Source of the DNA: Trypanosoma brucei
Taxonomy: Eukaryota
Length of the DNA: 64,000 bases
Direction of reading: 5' to 3'
Assembly: GCA_000002445.1 (NCBI GenBank)
Contig: CM000208.1
Span: 2,240,001 to 2,304,000, forward strand
Position 1 is the stretch's first letter; every line of letters begins with the position of its first letter. Positions 1 to 10,800 of this stretch are shown here, piece after piece. A program made the position numbers and the translations under genes. The notes under the pieces were generated by a model. That model ran no database searches. It saw nothing but the letters and a program-made list of their open reading frames with translations, and was not told where the DNA came from.

Positions 1-284
1 TTGTTATCGTTCAACCACTGTGTTCCACTTCAGCCTTCCCTGGGAATCTAAGCTTTAAAATTTACTCCTGTGTCGCTCCCCCGATTTCTTGCTAGGCGTG
101 ACCCCACTGGTGACTGTGCGAACAGCAATGAATTAACGGTTTGATAACCCCAAATGGCCTTGTTTGCATTTCTTTCCTCACTTTCTTTTTGTGGGTTTCG
201 GCTTGCCATGTTATCACTTCCACTTAGCACACCTCAGCAAATAGTGGACGTAGGCTGTTCCTCGCTTAGCAACGCTATCTGCTG

Positions 285-1526
285 ATGACGCACTATGTTG
301 ATAGTGTATTGTACTGGTTCCCCACGCTGGTACTTGTGGTTTGTATGATTGTGCTGATCGTCACCGCGGTTGGTTTGAGTCTTGGGAAGTTCTGGCGGGG
401 CTTATCATCGTGGTCATGGCGTCGTATTTTTTCCCTAACACGCATGTCGATGCGTCAAACCACATTTCGTGCATCGATGAATGCAGAAGAGGCGGTGGAA
501 ACGGCACTGCGGAAGGCTGGCTGGAAGCACGTTTTCCTCCGCCGTCGCGTCTTCGTGCCGCGGTTGCAACACAATCGTGAAATTGATGTTGTGGCTGTTG
601 GACCCGTGGTGCTGGTGGTGGAAGTGAAACACTGGCGTGGCTCCGTTTGGTGCAATGGCCAGCGCTGGTTTCAACAGGTGCATAAGACTGCGCGGGCACT
701 CGAGTTTGAAGACATTAGGGAAGATAACGTTGTAAAGGCGGCTGCACTCCGTCGACATATCGAAAACGATAAACGTGTACCGCTTCCAGACTTCAATTTA
801 CTTTCGGACTGTCTGCAGGAGAGTGAAGGGGATGGAACATGGTATGAGGACCGACGTCTCCACAAACAATGCGGCACCGTCATCATCCCCGTAGTAGTGT
901 TCACGAACCCACTGGTTCGCTTGGATCCCAGCACGGTTAAGCAAAAGGATGACGTATTTGACTTGCCCGGGTTAGAGAGGTATGCAAGAAACCTCCTGTA
1001 CAACACGCGTGGAGCGTCAGTCTTTGACTATTACAAACAGCGCGTTGATGAGTTTTTGCGTCCTATATTTATCGGAAGAAGTATAACACCCGATACTTAT
1101 TGCCTATCTTTTTTTACTGAAGAAAAAGTGGCCCGCGTGGTCGAGCGTATGCGCACGTGGGACATGGTTTATCTTCTTAATGGGCGGCTGGTTCATGGGG
1201 ATATTGTATCTTTTGGGCTCCCCTCTACCAACCGCCATTTTGTGCGTCAGCAGATATCTGATGTGGAGATTACATGGTTCGATGGTTTAATTGGTTTTGC
1301 GCGAACCATGTGGATGAACAGTGGTGGAATGGTCAAAATTACCCTTTCAAGTCCGCGAAAGAGGAAGGTTTTTAGTTTTCCTCTAATGCCGCGCCACTTG
1401 AAATCCATTTATAAGAACGACCGACTGGTGCTTAAGTTGGCGGGTACGACCAATTTGGAGGAAATACCTTTGGCGGATATCGCGACACTCCGGCTCAGTC
1501 AGCACCGGGAAACGGACGGATCCTAA
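285..1526 (+). CDS. NERD (nuclease-related) domain protein with N-terminal transmembrane anchor
   Basis: ATG-initiated 413 aa ORF. Residues ~8-30 are hydrophobic (FPTLVLVVCMIVLIVTAVGLSL). The central segment GWKHVFLRRRVFVPRLQHNREIDVVAVGPVVLVVEVKHWRGSV fits the NERD consensus (G-x-GE ... eIDhlhh..G.hhhIEvKnwsG). Nested ORFs in other frames at 341-1006 are shadows. Confidence 0.6.
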   Translation: MTHYVDSVLYWFPTLVLVVCMIVLIVTAVGLSLGKFWRGLSSWSWRRIFSLTRMSMRQTTFRASMNAEEAVETALRKAGWKHVFLRRRVFVPRLQHNREIDVVAVGPVVLVVEVKHWRGSVWCNGQRWFQQVHKTARALEFEDIREDNVVKAAALRRHIENDKRVPLPDFNLLSDCLQESEGDGTWYEDRRLHKQCGTVIIPVVVFTNPLVRLDPSTVKQKDDVFDLPGLERYARNLLYNTRGASVFDYYKQRVDEFLRPIFIGRSITPDTYCLSFFTEEKVARVVERMRTWDMVYLLNGRLVHGDIVSFGLPSTNRHFVRQQISDVEITWFDGLIGFARTMWMNSGGMVKITLSSPRKRKVFSFPLMPRHLKSIYKNDRLVLKLAGTTNLEEIPLADIATLRLSQHRETDGS

Positions 1527-2090
1527 AATGGAGAGATTTAAATCTCCTAAATCCGCTTCACTCGTGGCTGCTCAGCTCTGGAGTGGCTGTGAACGGGAGA
1601 GGGAGAAGTGGAAGACAGTGTTCACTTTGGTTTTTGGTTCTGTGCGCGTGTACATAAAAAACATAATGACTACCGGTGAGTTAGACTGACCATTGGCAGT
1701 TCCTTTCTCTACCTCTTATTAAATGACTTCATTACACGATATTGGTGGACATGGGTACCCTGGTTGTGTGAAGGGAAGTTCATCACAGAGCGGTGTATAT
1801 CCTCGGTTAACTTTCCTCCATTGGGCTCAACTCAAATGGGAAGGTAACTTTTCTACGCGTAATTACTTAACACTATAACCAAGCAAACGGGAGAGCCATC
1901 ATCCTTTCGAGTGGTATTCAAATTCCGCTACGTAGTCACCCATTTTCACACCCCTTCTTCAGGGTCATTGTTTAATTTGTGTTTCTTTACTCTCGAAACC
2001 TCAGGAAGTTAACGGCTTGCAAAAAGGACGGACTCTCAAGTTTGTGGAGTCGGAAGCAATCAAAGCAGCAAGAGCTGCTGACATTGGGTC

Positions 2091-3704
2091 ATGCTTCGCA
2101 CTAGCATTATTGTGCGGTGGGTTCCAAAGTACTTTAAGCGATCTATTCAAGCACCCCAAAGGCAGCGACGAGGAGGTCCAACAATTGAAGCGACATGTGG
2201 GAGGGACAATAAGTCCTACCCATCCGCTGACGCACGACGTGAAACGGTTTCCGGGCATGCGAAGAAACAAAAAGCACGGGATGCAACTGTGATGGCAAGT
2301 AAACAGCGCGTACCACATCCGAAAGCATTTTCTCCACATCGAACCCCAGAGGTTCGGGCGCTTGCAGAAAAGGCAACTACGATTCTCCGTTGTTTTGATC
2401 AACAAAAACTGGAGGGACAAGTGTTTAGTCGAGGAATAGGACCCGATTGCCATAGCTCTGGACTATCACCTTCCGCATTGACGAAGGATCATTGCGAGGA
2501 CGCGCAACTCCGCCGGAGCAAGGGCAGTTTGTGTTTCATGGGAAAGACAGAGGTACTTGCTGTGCTCAAAGCTGTGCTTCCCCCACCCCCACTCAATAAT
2601 GCGGCGTCTCTTTCCCACGGTGACTGCCAACGGCTATCAGAGCCGTGTGGGTCGACCCGTAGCCTTTTAGTTGCTATTCCTGATGACGAGGCTGCCAATG
2701 TTCATGGTTACCTACGACGTATAAGGGGCAAAGCTGAGGACAAGGAGGGAGATATTACAAGCATTGATAGTGCTGCTGGCGGGACAACTTTGGCTGCGTC
2801 TATGTCGTTGCGCGATGTGACTATTTTTTTGCAACTGTACGAAGCCGTGGAGAGTGAGGATGGTGCACTGCTTCTTCAACTAATGGGTGTGCTGAGACGC
2901 ATTGTGTTTTCAGGTCACGGATGTGAATTTAACGAAGGAAGCCCCAAGGACACCGTTGGTGTGGTGTCGCAGCTGCTTGTTGTTCTTTCAAGTCTTGGTC
3001 TGGCAGAGGAACACGTCCTTCAGAGGCTAGTAAGTTCCACTGGGCCCTTCCTCACGACTCCCCTAATCCTTAACAGCAAAGAGTCCAATCTGATACAACT
3101 CCTTGTGGCACTTCACCGCTTCGGTTTCCACCACGAGAAGTGCTACACGGCTTGTGTAAGGGCATTGCAGACTGCAGCACATCGAGATCCGCTGAACTCT
3201 TTCATTCGGCATGCACTTCTGAAGCGTGGTAGCAAAGAGCCCGCGCAGCTCTCGAAGGGAGGCATCAGAATCCCTCGGTGTTTGAATGGGCTAACAGTGA
3301 GTGATTTACTCGAGGCACTCTCTGGGATGGCTCTTAGTTTACACAGACAGAAAGTTGTTGTGGACTTGCTCCTAGCCACGATAGTCGCTATCGTACTGAA
3401 CGAAGAGCTTGCAATGACAAATAAACCCCATCTCCGCAATCCGGAAAATATCGTGACCACTGCCGATGAACATGCCTTCATGCAGGACTGGATTTCGGCT
3501 CGGGCACTACAGGTACAACGTGCAGCTAAAGTAAGCGAACAAATGGAATTGCCTCACCCAGTAATCCCTCAACTCTTCGAGCGACTCGCTGTTCGTTACC
3601 GTGGGCTGATCGTTGATGGTGGCGATGGGGATATTAGTCCAGAGAATGTGGGCTTCTACGATGCCGTCACAGCAGACTTGATAAAGGTATCGAGAAGTAA
3701 GTGA
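2091..3704 (+). CDS. hypothetical protein (no domain recognised)
   Basis: 537 aa ATG ORF with a polypyrimidine tract plus AG upstream (~1975-2005). An alternative in-frame Met (MASKQRV, ~2292) could be the real start. Leu-rich C-terminal half. Confidence 0.6.
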   Translation: MLRTSIIVRWVPKYFKRSIQAPQRQRRGGPTIEATCGRDNKSYPSADARRETVSGHAKKQKARDATVMASKQRVPHPKAFSPHRTPEVRALAEKATTILRCFDQQKLEGQVFSRGIGPDCHSSGLSPSALTKDHCEDAQLRRSKGSLCFMGKTEVLAVLKAVLPPPPLNNAASLSHGDCQRLSEPCGSTRSLLVAIPDDEAANVHGYLRRIRGKAEDKEGDITSIDSAAGGTTLAASMSLRDVTIFLQLYEAVESEDGALLLQLMGVLRRIVFSGHGCEFNEGSPKDTVGVVSQLLVVLSSLGLAEEHVLQRLVSSTGPFLTTPLILNSKESNLIQLLVALHRFGFHHEKCYTACVRALQTAAHRDPLNSFIRHALLKRGSKEPAQLSKGGIRIPRCLNGLTVSDLLEALSGMALSLHRQKVVVDLLLATIVAIVLNEELAMTNKPHLRNPENIVTTADEHAFMQDWISARALQVQRAAKVSEQMELPHPVIPQLFERLAVRYRGLIVDGGDGDISPENVGFYDAVTADLIKVSRSK

Positions 3705-4224
3705 CCGGGACACTATCGACTGTACACATGTTCCTCTTCTTTTCTTCTTGCCGATCAGCTGCTGTGTCGCACCTGCTCAGCTGGTAAATACTTGTATGTG
3801 TGTTAATATGCCGTACCGTGGTTCCTTATTATCCCTCCTGGTGTCGCACCCACTATGTCTCCTCTTTCTGCGCGAAACGTCATTTGTTAGACTATTGTAA
3901 CTAATAGCGCTATCACAGTAACAAAAATAAGGTAATTGCATAAACGTCCAAGCGGTAACAAAAATTGCTACAAACCGCCCTGTAATTCAAAGATAACAAA
4001 CTGCCGGGTGTACATAATTAACTAGCTTGAAAGAGGGAGAGCACACAAAGCAAGGAAGGCTACATTGCACTCTTGTAGGTGGTGGATAGGTGTACGAGAA
4101 GGAGTGGAAAATAGATTCCACAAAATCACACCACACTGAAAGAGAGAGTGAAGGGCAAGTGGATAACTAGTGGAGGCGGTGCGGGTAAAGCAAGAAATAA
4201 GCGGAAAGCTAACAAAGGGACAAA

Positions 4225-4890
4225 ATGTCTGAGGAGTCCTTGACGTTTGCTGAAGTTGTGGCCCGCAAGAATCGTGGGAGCCAATCCGAACTTGTCGGTG
4301 CGGATGACAGTGTTGCCAGCCTGCCTTCACATGGAGCACTTCAAAATGGATTAATTGTATTACCATCGCGCCCTTCGGTGGGTGAGAGCTACGCGGATGC
4401 AGTAAAGTCAGCGAGTGTGAAACTTGGTGGTGTTCCGGTGAATGTGTCCAAGCTGGATGGCCATGAGTCCGTCACGAATTCAACTTTACAAGAACAGGAG
4501 TCCGTACTTTCTTCCTGGGCTGATGATGACGAATGTTTCTTTGACTCGGTTCGAAACGCCTTGCAGAACAGAAATGATGAATTTGAATTGAGGGGCTACC
4601 CCAACAATAGCCTTTCTTACGTCAATGTTGGTAATAACGGTTCTAACAACGTTTATGGCAACTCCAATAACAATTACGGTGGCTACAGCAACTTCCGGCG
4701 GGGTCGTGGGTCACGTGGGTGGCGGTTCATTAACGGTAACGAAGCAAATTCCAGCAATGGCAACACCCACAGCAACAACAACAAAAAACGAAAGGGATAT
4801 AACAACAAAACTTGGGGCTCCTACAATCCACCTTGTGGAGTTGATTCTTTAAACCACTTCGGTGGTGGGAGGTTCAGTGGATTTCGGTAG
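4225..4890 (+). CDS. hypothetical protein with Gly/Asn/Tyr-rich RGG-like low-complexity C-terminus
   Basis: 221 aa ATG ORF. The C-terminal NNVYGNSNNNYGGYSNFRRGRGSRGWRF resembles RGG/FG-type RNA-binding low complexity. The 75 aa overlapping ORF at 4625-4852 is an alternate-frame shadow. Confidence 0.55.
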   Translation: MSEESLTFAEVVARKNRGSQSELVGADDSVASLPSHGALQNGLIVLPSRPSVGESYADAVKSASVKLGGVPVNVSKLDGHESVTNSTLQEQESVLSSWADDDECFFDSVRNALQNRNDEFELRGYPNNSLSYVNVGNNGSNNVYGNSNNNYGGYSNFRRGRGSRGWRFINGNEANSSNGNTHSNNNKKRKGYNNKTWGSYNPPCGVDSLNHFGGGRFSGFR

Positions 4891-5153
4891 CTGTGCATAT
4901 CCTTCCTCTATTCAGTGAATAAATGGAAGTTGTGGCTTCTTTTTTTTTCTTCTCGTTTTGTTTGTTACATGTGATGATGGCATTATATCCCCCTTCTTCT
5001 TACCTGTATTGTTCTCTTCGTAGTGACTGTTGTTGCTTCCCTGGGGCGATAATTGGTTTGTTGTGTGCTGACTCAGTTTTGCTGATGTTCGTTTGGCCTT
5101 CAGCTGCACAAACGATTTTTTTTCCCCCTTTCTACGTTTCTCTTCCACCCCCT

Positions 5154-5213
5154 CCCCCCCCCCCCAAAAAAAAAAAAAGACACACACACACACGTCGTTG
5201 TTGTTGCTGTTGT
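5154..5213. repeat. compound microsatellite C12-A13-(AC)7-(GTT)6
   Basis: Direct reading: ccccccccccccaaaaaaaaaaaaagacacacacacacacgtcgttgttgttgctgttg, in an intergenic spacer. Confidence 0.9.
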
Positions 5214-6184
5214 CCCTGGGGTTCAGTGTGCGGGAAAATGGAGCGGATATTCGGTGTGTGATGAGGTCCCATTTGGAGTGCGTGTAGCGCAGCAGTTGAG
5301 AGTTTAATCGAGCAATGAAATAAACAAAAAATTTAACTGGGCTACTGAGAGGTAATAAACTGGCGAATGGATTCCCTTATGCTTCCATCCAGTAGAGAGG
5401 TAGTGCGGAAGTAAGTGAAGGAATTAGGAAGGTGCTTAAAGGAAGTGCTGCTGTCTTTTTTTTTTTCCTTTGTGACGTTTTTGAATGTTTTTATTTTGCC
5501 ATTTGAAGTATGCCCACATGTGCGCCATATATCTTTGTATATATATATATATATATATGTGTGTATGTGTGTGATTCGTTTGTTTTTTGTTTCTTCGGTT
5601 TTTTCTCATGCTATGCGCTAATACGCTTAAATTGGACCTGCATCCATTTTTCTCCTCTCTTTTCAACGTACGTTTCAGTCTCTAGCAGTTGACACTGCCT
5701 TTATTATTATCATTACGATTTTATTATTTTAGCCTGCTGCCTTTCATTCGATCCGCTGGGCACCTTCTTTTTTTTTCTTTTTTATGTCACCGACCATTAC
5801 CTCTTCTTTCTTTTTTTTTGTTTGTTTGTTTCTTCCATTTTGTTTTGAATTTTCAGACCGCGCTGCCGCTTTTGTATTCCACCAATTAAAAACAAGAGCA
5901 CACGCACAAAAATACTAACACAAAAGGAAAAGAAAAAAAAACAAAATTAAATTAAATTAAATGTATGGTTGGATAAGTAAATAAATGACAAATTGGGCGA
6001 TTTAAAAAAAAAAAAAGGAAGACCAGCTGATGACATGTGGGAAGATGTATACGAACTAACACAAAATTGGCAGCGCTAACCTCCCTTTTTTTCCTTCTCT
6101 TTTGTTTTGCAATTGACAGTGACAATATGAGGAATTGTAACCGGATGAAGGAAAGACAAAATAACTAATACATTTGTACGGAAA

Positions 6185-6186
<2 letters not shown>

Positions 6187-6216
<30 letters not shown>
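6187..6216. repeat. (AT)15 dinucleotide microsatellite
   Basis: Direct reading. Similar (TA)n tracts occur at ~5538-5558, 10764-10781, 15027-15043, 17971-17992, 24901-24921, 26923-26937, 29160-29177, 29769-29795, 30787-30809, 33886-33904 and 54451-54474. All are intergenic. Confidence 0.9.
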
Positions 6217-6218
<2 letters not shown>

Positions 6219-7560
6219 CGTGAATTTTGTTTCTTTTTCAAGTACATGTTGAAATATGTTTGTCTTTACCTTTCTTTTGCTTTTTATTTTTCTTTCCTCA
6301 CGTTAATCACCGCGCACAGTTTCCTCTCGAGGTCATCTGTTTTCAAGAGCAACAAAAGCAAAATAATAAAAAAAAAGGCGCTTTTTCTTTTTATTTCGTT
6401 TACTTCTTTCGGTATGTACGGTGGCCTGACGATGATAGCGTCCAATTTTTTTTTTGTCAATTCTTTTTTTTTCCTTTCTCCCTTTTAGTTAACATGCGCG
6501 TGGAGAAAAAAGGTTAAACTCACAACTCTTTTGGTGGTTACTCATTTTTTTTTGTTTTTTTAAATCTCGTTTTGTTGTTCTATTTTACTTTTTTATGCAA
6601 ATGCATTGCCTGTTGTAATATTTGGTTGCTTCGCATTAACCAGTCCCCCCTCCCTCAAATGTTTACATTTTTTGTTGCATTTGCATCAGTTGATACTTGT
6701 AGGAGACTGTGATGATGATGATTATTATGATTATTATTATAATAATTATTGCGTGGGAAAAGGAAGGCAAAGAGAAGTAAAACAAACGAGGGTGGAAAAA
6801 ATACATCCCCCTCCCCAGGAAGGAAAAAAAAAAACGAATATGATTGGTGTTTTTCAGTTTAATGAATTGTAACTTCTCAACAGGATGCGGGGGGGGGAAG
6901 TGGTGTGAGCCGAGGAATTCGTAATTGATAAGTGACAGTACTGCCATAGCACAAACAAACACGCCAAGTATTGAATTTGAAGGTTCTAAAAAAAAAAAAA
7001 TACTCGGAACTAATTTGGTTCATTTCGATGCCGGAGAGTAGTCACTGTTTCATTACTTTTTTTCTATGTTTTGTTTTTTCTCTTTTGGTTTATGTTTTAA
7101 TTTCAAGGTCAGCTTCTCTGATTTGTGGCGGGCTCTAGCGAGTATTGATCTCAGTTTGAATTTGCGCTTTTCACCTTTCATATTTTTTTTTTTATGGTTC
7201 ACGTGTGAGGTGAGGTGTGCTGCTGTTTTTTCTTTGTTTATTTTATTTTTTTTTTTTTGACACAATCATGTGGGCATAAATGTTCGGTTTGTTCAATTTG
7301 CATTAGTGATATTTGCAGCTGTTGCGACTGTGGATGTGCAATGAGGTAAAGTACAGAGACACAACCCATGATAGTGAGTAAAAAAAATAAAATAAAAAAT
7401 TGAAAGTGATAACTTTTGTATTAGGGGAGGATAAGGGACAAAGAAGAGAAGAATCAGTTAGTGAAGGAATAGTATGAAGTTATTGTAGTACTAGCGAAGG
7501 AGTGCGTGATCATCTGACCAATAGCTGAAATAATTACTTTTCAAAAACGAGTAAAATCGC

Positions 7561-7670
7561 CGTTTTTTTTTTTGGTGTGTGTCGTTCAGGCCGGTACCTT
7601 TTCTTGAAACGATCCTTTCCTTTCCTTCCCTTCCCTTTTTGTTTTTTTTTTCTTACCTTCTCATTGATTA
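7561..7670 (+). promoter_or_regulatory. polypyrimidine tract / probable trans-splicing acceptor region upstream of the adaptin gene
   Basis: T/C-rich runs (cgttttttttttt..., ccttttcttg, cctttccttcccttccctttttgtttttttttt) followed by AG dinucleotides ~70 nt before the ATG. This is the arrangement expected for trypanosomatid SL addition. Confidence 0.5.
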
Positions 7671-7737
7671 GAGGTGAAAATTTCCGGTGCTTCAGTACGG
7701 CATTACCGACGGAAGTTTCACTTTTACACACGACCTT

Positions 7738-10047
7738 ATGGAAACCTCATGTGCCTCTGCAGAAGTGCGTAATGAATTGAGTAAATTATTGCAGCGGTTT
7801 CAAGATCCAGAGGTTCAGTTTGACCCCATTCAAAAACGTGGAGTCATAAGTAAGGTGATTGGTTACATGACGATGGGTGTTGACACTTCATGTCTCTTTC
7901 CACACTTGACACTTGCATGTGAGACGACAGACTTTGTCACCAAGAAACTCGTTTACCTTTATCTCAGCAATCATGCAGAGAAGAATCCTGAAGTGGCGTT
8001 ACTTTGTATAAACACACTTATTAAAGAGTGTAAGGAACAAAGTCCCATTGTGCGAGGACTTGCGCTGCGCTCCCTTTCTTCCCTTCGGTTGCCACAACTG
8101 TTTGAGTACTTATTTCCTGTCCTAAAGACTGCCTTCACCGATCCATCCCCTTATGTGCGCAAGACGGCGTGCACATGCGCCCTTAGAGTTTTCCGCGCGT
8201 CACCCGCGGAGTTTCGCAGGCATCAGTTTCTCAACAACGTCCTAAAGGCCTTGCAGGATAGCGATGCTCTGGTGTGTGGGAATGCATTGGCAGTGCTTCT
8301 TGAAGTCTCCCGCGAAGCCGAAGCTAATGGTTGTACGGAAGGTGTTTTGCATGTGACAAAACCTTTATTGTACCAACTGCTAAACATCATGAAACGCGTC
8401 TCCGAGTACCACCGCGTGCAGATTATTAGCCTCATACATAAATACGTACCTCAAGATGAGAGTGAAATGTATGACATTATGAATTTATTGGATGAACACC
8501 TCCAGACGAGGAATAGCGGTACTGTACTAAGTGTGTGCAAGGCTTTGTTTCACCTGACGCAGAATCACCCTGCGATGTATTCTGAGGTTCTCAGTCGCTT
8601 AAAGGCCCCGCTTCTTACGCTAGTGTCGTCGTGCACTGGAACAGAGGCGGTGTATCCTGTGCTATGTCATATTAAGCTGCTGCTGCAACATGAGCCCCGG
8701 CTTTTTCAGGATGCATACAAGTCATTCTATTGCCGCAACGGGGACCCAACCTATACAAAGACGGTTAAGATGGATATACTTAGTATGTTAGTGACTCCCA
8801 CCTCGGTAGGAGATATTCTCAATGAATTTGTAGCGTATGCGCACGAACGTGGAAGCAGCGCGGTGTCATGTGCCGCCATCGAGGCGATTGGCCGAATCCC
8901 ATTGAAACTACCAGCGATGGTGGAGGATGTGACGAAGCATCTCGTTACATTCCTGGAGAGCAGTGTTGAGTACGTACGTAACACGAGCATCACGGTCATG
9001 AAGGGCGTTCTGAAAAATCGTCGGTATATTCCCACGGTCCAATTGTTTCTTGAGAAGCTGATGGAATCATATCGTGAGATGGATGTGGTGGAACCTGAGA
9101 GCTCCGTAGCGCTTGTGTGGCTTCTCGGCGAGTATGGTGAGCACATAGAAGAGGCGCCGTATATTTTGGAGGAGATGTGTAATGATTCTCTTCTCAAGCG
9201 CCCAGCAGAGTTCCTTCGACAGTTTCTTACATCCTCCATAACATTGTTCTTCAAACGCCCACCGGAAATGCAACGCGTTCTAGGACGGATGTTCCAACTG
9301 CTTGCCAATGACTTCACACATCCAGATGTTCACGACCAGGTGCGTCTCTACTATCGGTTACTCCGAGAGAACCCAGAAGTAGCTTCCTACGTAATATGCG
9401 CCCCGAAGTCTGACATTATCGAGTTTGCAGAGGAGCGGAACGCGGAACTCAAGGATAAACTCTTTGATGAGTTCAATACACTCTCTGTTGTGTATTTCCG
9501 ACCGAGTGAAGAATTTGTCCGCGACTCTGCACCACGCACAGGCGATGATGACGATGATAAAACTGAAGATGAAGAACAGGAAGACGATCCCACACATGAC
9601 GAGGATGGGAATAAGACAACACACGAGGGGATAGCAGGCCACAATGTCTCCACTTTGCCTAACGTTTCTCATCCTCATTTGGAAAGCAACTTTAGTCTCT
9701 CAGTTGATGCGAGCATGGAACTGCACGAGTTTGAGCATCGCTGGATCTCGCTTGGTGATTCAGTTGTGACGACAGCCAACATGCAATTGCGGCTGCGCAG
9801 TGTCCCTGACATGGAAATGTTTGAAGATGCACTTGACGTGTGTGGAGTCGTCATGCTTACGGCTGGTCCTCACAATGATGGTGATAGATGCTTTTTGTAT
9901 GCGCAAGAAGAGGGCGCAATGGGAGCGTACTTTCTACTGGAGGTATGCCTGTCGAGGAATGGTATGGTAAACGTTAAGGTGAAGTCCGACAGCGCTCACA
10001 TGCAGCAATTTTTGCAACATTTTCACAAAATCATGGATCAGTTTTGA
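7738..10047 (+). CDS. adaptor-protein complex beta-type large subunit (beta-adaptin-like; AP-3/AP-4 beta class)
   Basis: The track ORF starts at GTG 7687; the first in-frame ATG is at 7738 (METSCAS...). The adaptin N-terminal HEAT/ARM region (KKLVYLYLSNHAEKNPEVALLCINTLIKECKEQSPIVRGLALRSLSSLR, DPSPYVRKTACTCALRVF) is followed by an acidic hinge (DDDDDKTEDEEQEDDPTHDED) and a short C-terminal appendage. A long polypyrimidine tract lies upstream (7561-7670). Confidence 0.8.
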   Translation: METSCASAEVRNELSKLLQRFQDPEVQFDPIQKRGVISKVIGYMTMGVDTSCLFPHLTLACETTDFVTKKLVYLYLSNHAEKNPEVALLCINTLIKECKEQSPIVRGLALRSLSSLRLPQLFEYLFPVLKTAFTDPSPYVRKTACTCALRVFRASPAEFRRHQFLNNVLKALQDSDALVCGNALAVLLEVSREAEANGCTEGVLHVTKPLLYQLLNIMKRVSEYHRVQIISLIHKYVPQDESEMYDIMNLLDEHLQTRNSGTVLSVCKALFHLTQNHPAMYSEVLSRLKAPLLTLVSSCTGTEAVYPVLCHIKLLLQHEPRLFQDAYKSFYCRNGDPTYTKTVKMDILSMLVTPTSVGDILNEFVAYAHERGSSAVSCAAIEAIGRIPLKLPAMVEDVTKHLVTFLESSVEYVRNTSITVMKGVLKNRRYIPTVQLFLEKLMESYREMDVVEPESSVALVWLLGEYGEHIEEAPYILEEMCNDSLLKRPAEFLRQFLTSSITLFFKRPPEMQRVLGRMFQLLANDFTHPDVHDQVRLYYRLLRENPEVASYVICAPKSDIIEFAEERNAELKDKLFDEFNTLSVVYFRPSEEFVRDSAPRTGDDDDDKTEDEEQEDDPTHDEDGNKTTHEGIAGHNVSTLPNVSHPHLESNFSLSVDASMELHEFEHRWISLGDSVVTTANMQLRLRSVPDMEMFEDALDVCGVVMLTAGPHNDGDRCFLYAQEEGAMGAYFLLEVCLSRNGMVNVKVKSDSAHMQQFLQHFHKIMDQF

Positions 10048-10800
10048 CTTCGTCGTCGTGGCGTTTTATTTTTGTTGACATTGTTTATTTTTGTTCGAGT
10101 TAATCACATTACACAGTCCGTTGCACCGGTTTTTGGTATCACTTCACGCGAAACTGTTAAGTAGAAACAATGAAATTGAGGGACGTACGATTCACTGTAC
10201 ATTTTAGTGCTGTTTGTTCGAGTTGTGCCACTTCATTTATTTTTTTTCTGCTTTCTTATCACCTGTTGCGGCCACACTTGGGCAAATGTATGGCCACGAG
10301 TAACAATCAGTTGCGACTGGGTTTCTCTTATCCGCTGTTGTTTAACCATCTTTTGAGGATGAAGAGTGGGAAATGCGGGAAATCATCGAAATACAGCTTT
10401 TCAGTTTGGGGAAAGGACTGCTTTCGGATTTGACGATTGGCAGAGGCTATTATTATTATTATTTTCTGTTGTCTGCGCAGTTATTTTTTCCCCATCTTCA
10501 TGCATCCGCTCAATAAAACTGTAGCGAAGAAAACAAGAAAAAACAGCACACACACCTCTGGAGTGCATTCTTGATCAACTCGTCGCTATTTTTACCTTAC
10601 TCGCTTAGACTTTGCCTTAGTGTCAAAAGGACAGTTGGCAGGAAGCTTTAACGAAGGGAGGAGGAAGAAAGACGACTGAAGTAGATCGCGGCGTCAGGAC
10701 GTTATAAGGAACTGCGCCTCTTAACTTTTGATTGTGCATATACAGGTAACTATCATTTGCAAGTATATATATATATATATACGCATATATTTGAATAGAT

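Noticed and set aside
341-1006. Cluster of overlapping 66-112 aa ORFs in alternate frames on both strands inside the first gene
   Set aside because: They are nested within the 413 aa NERD-domain ORF. Codon usage and domain content support only the long frame.
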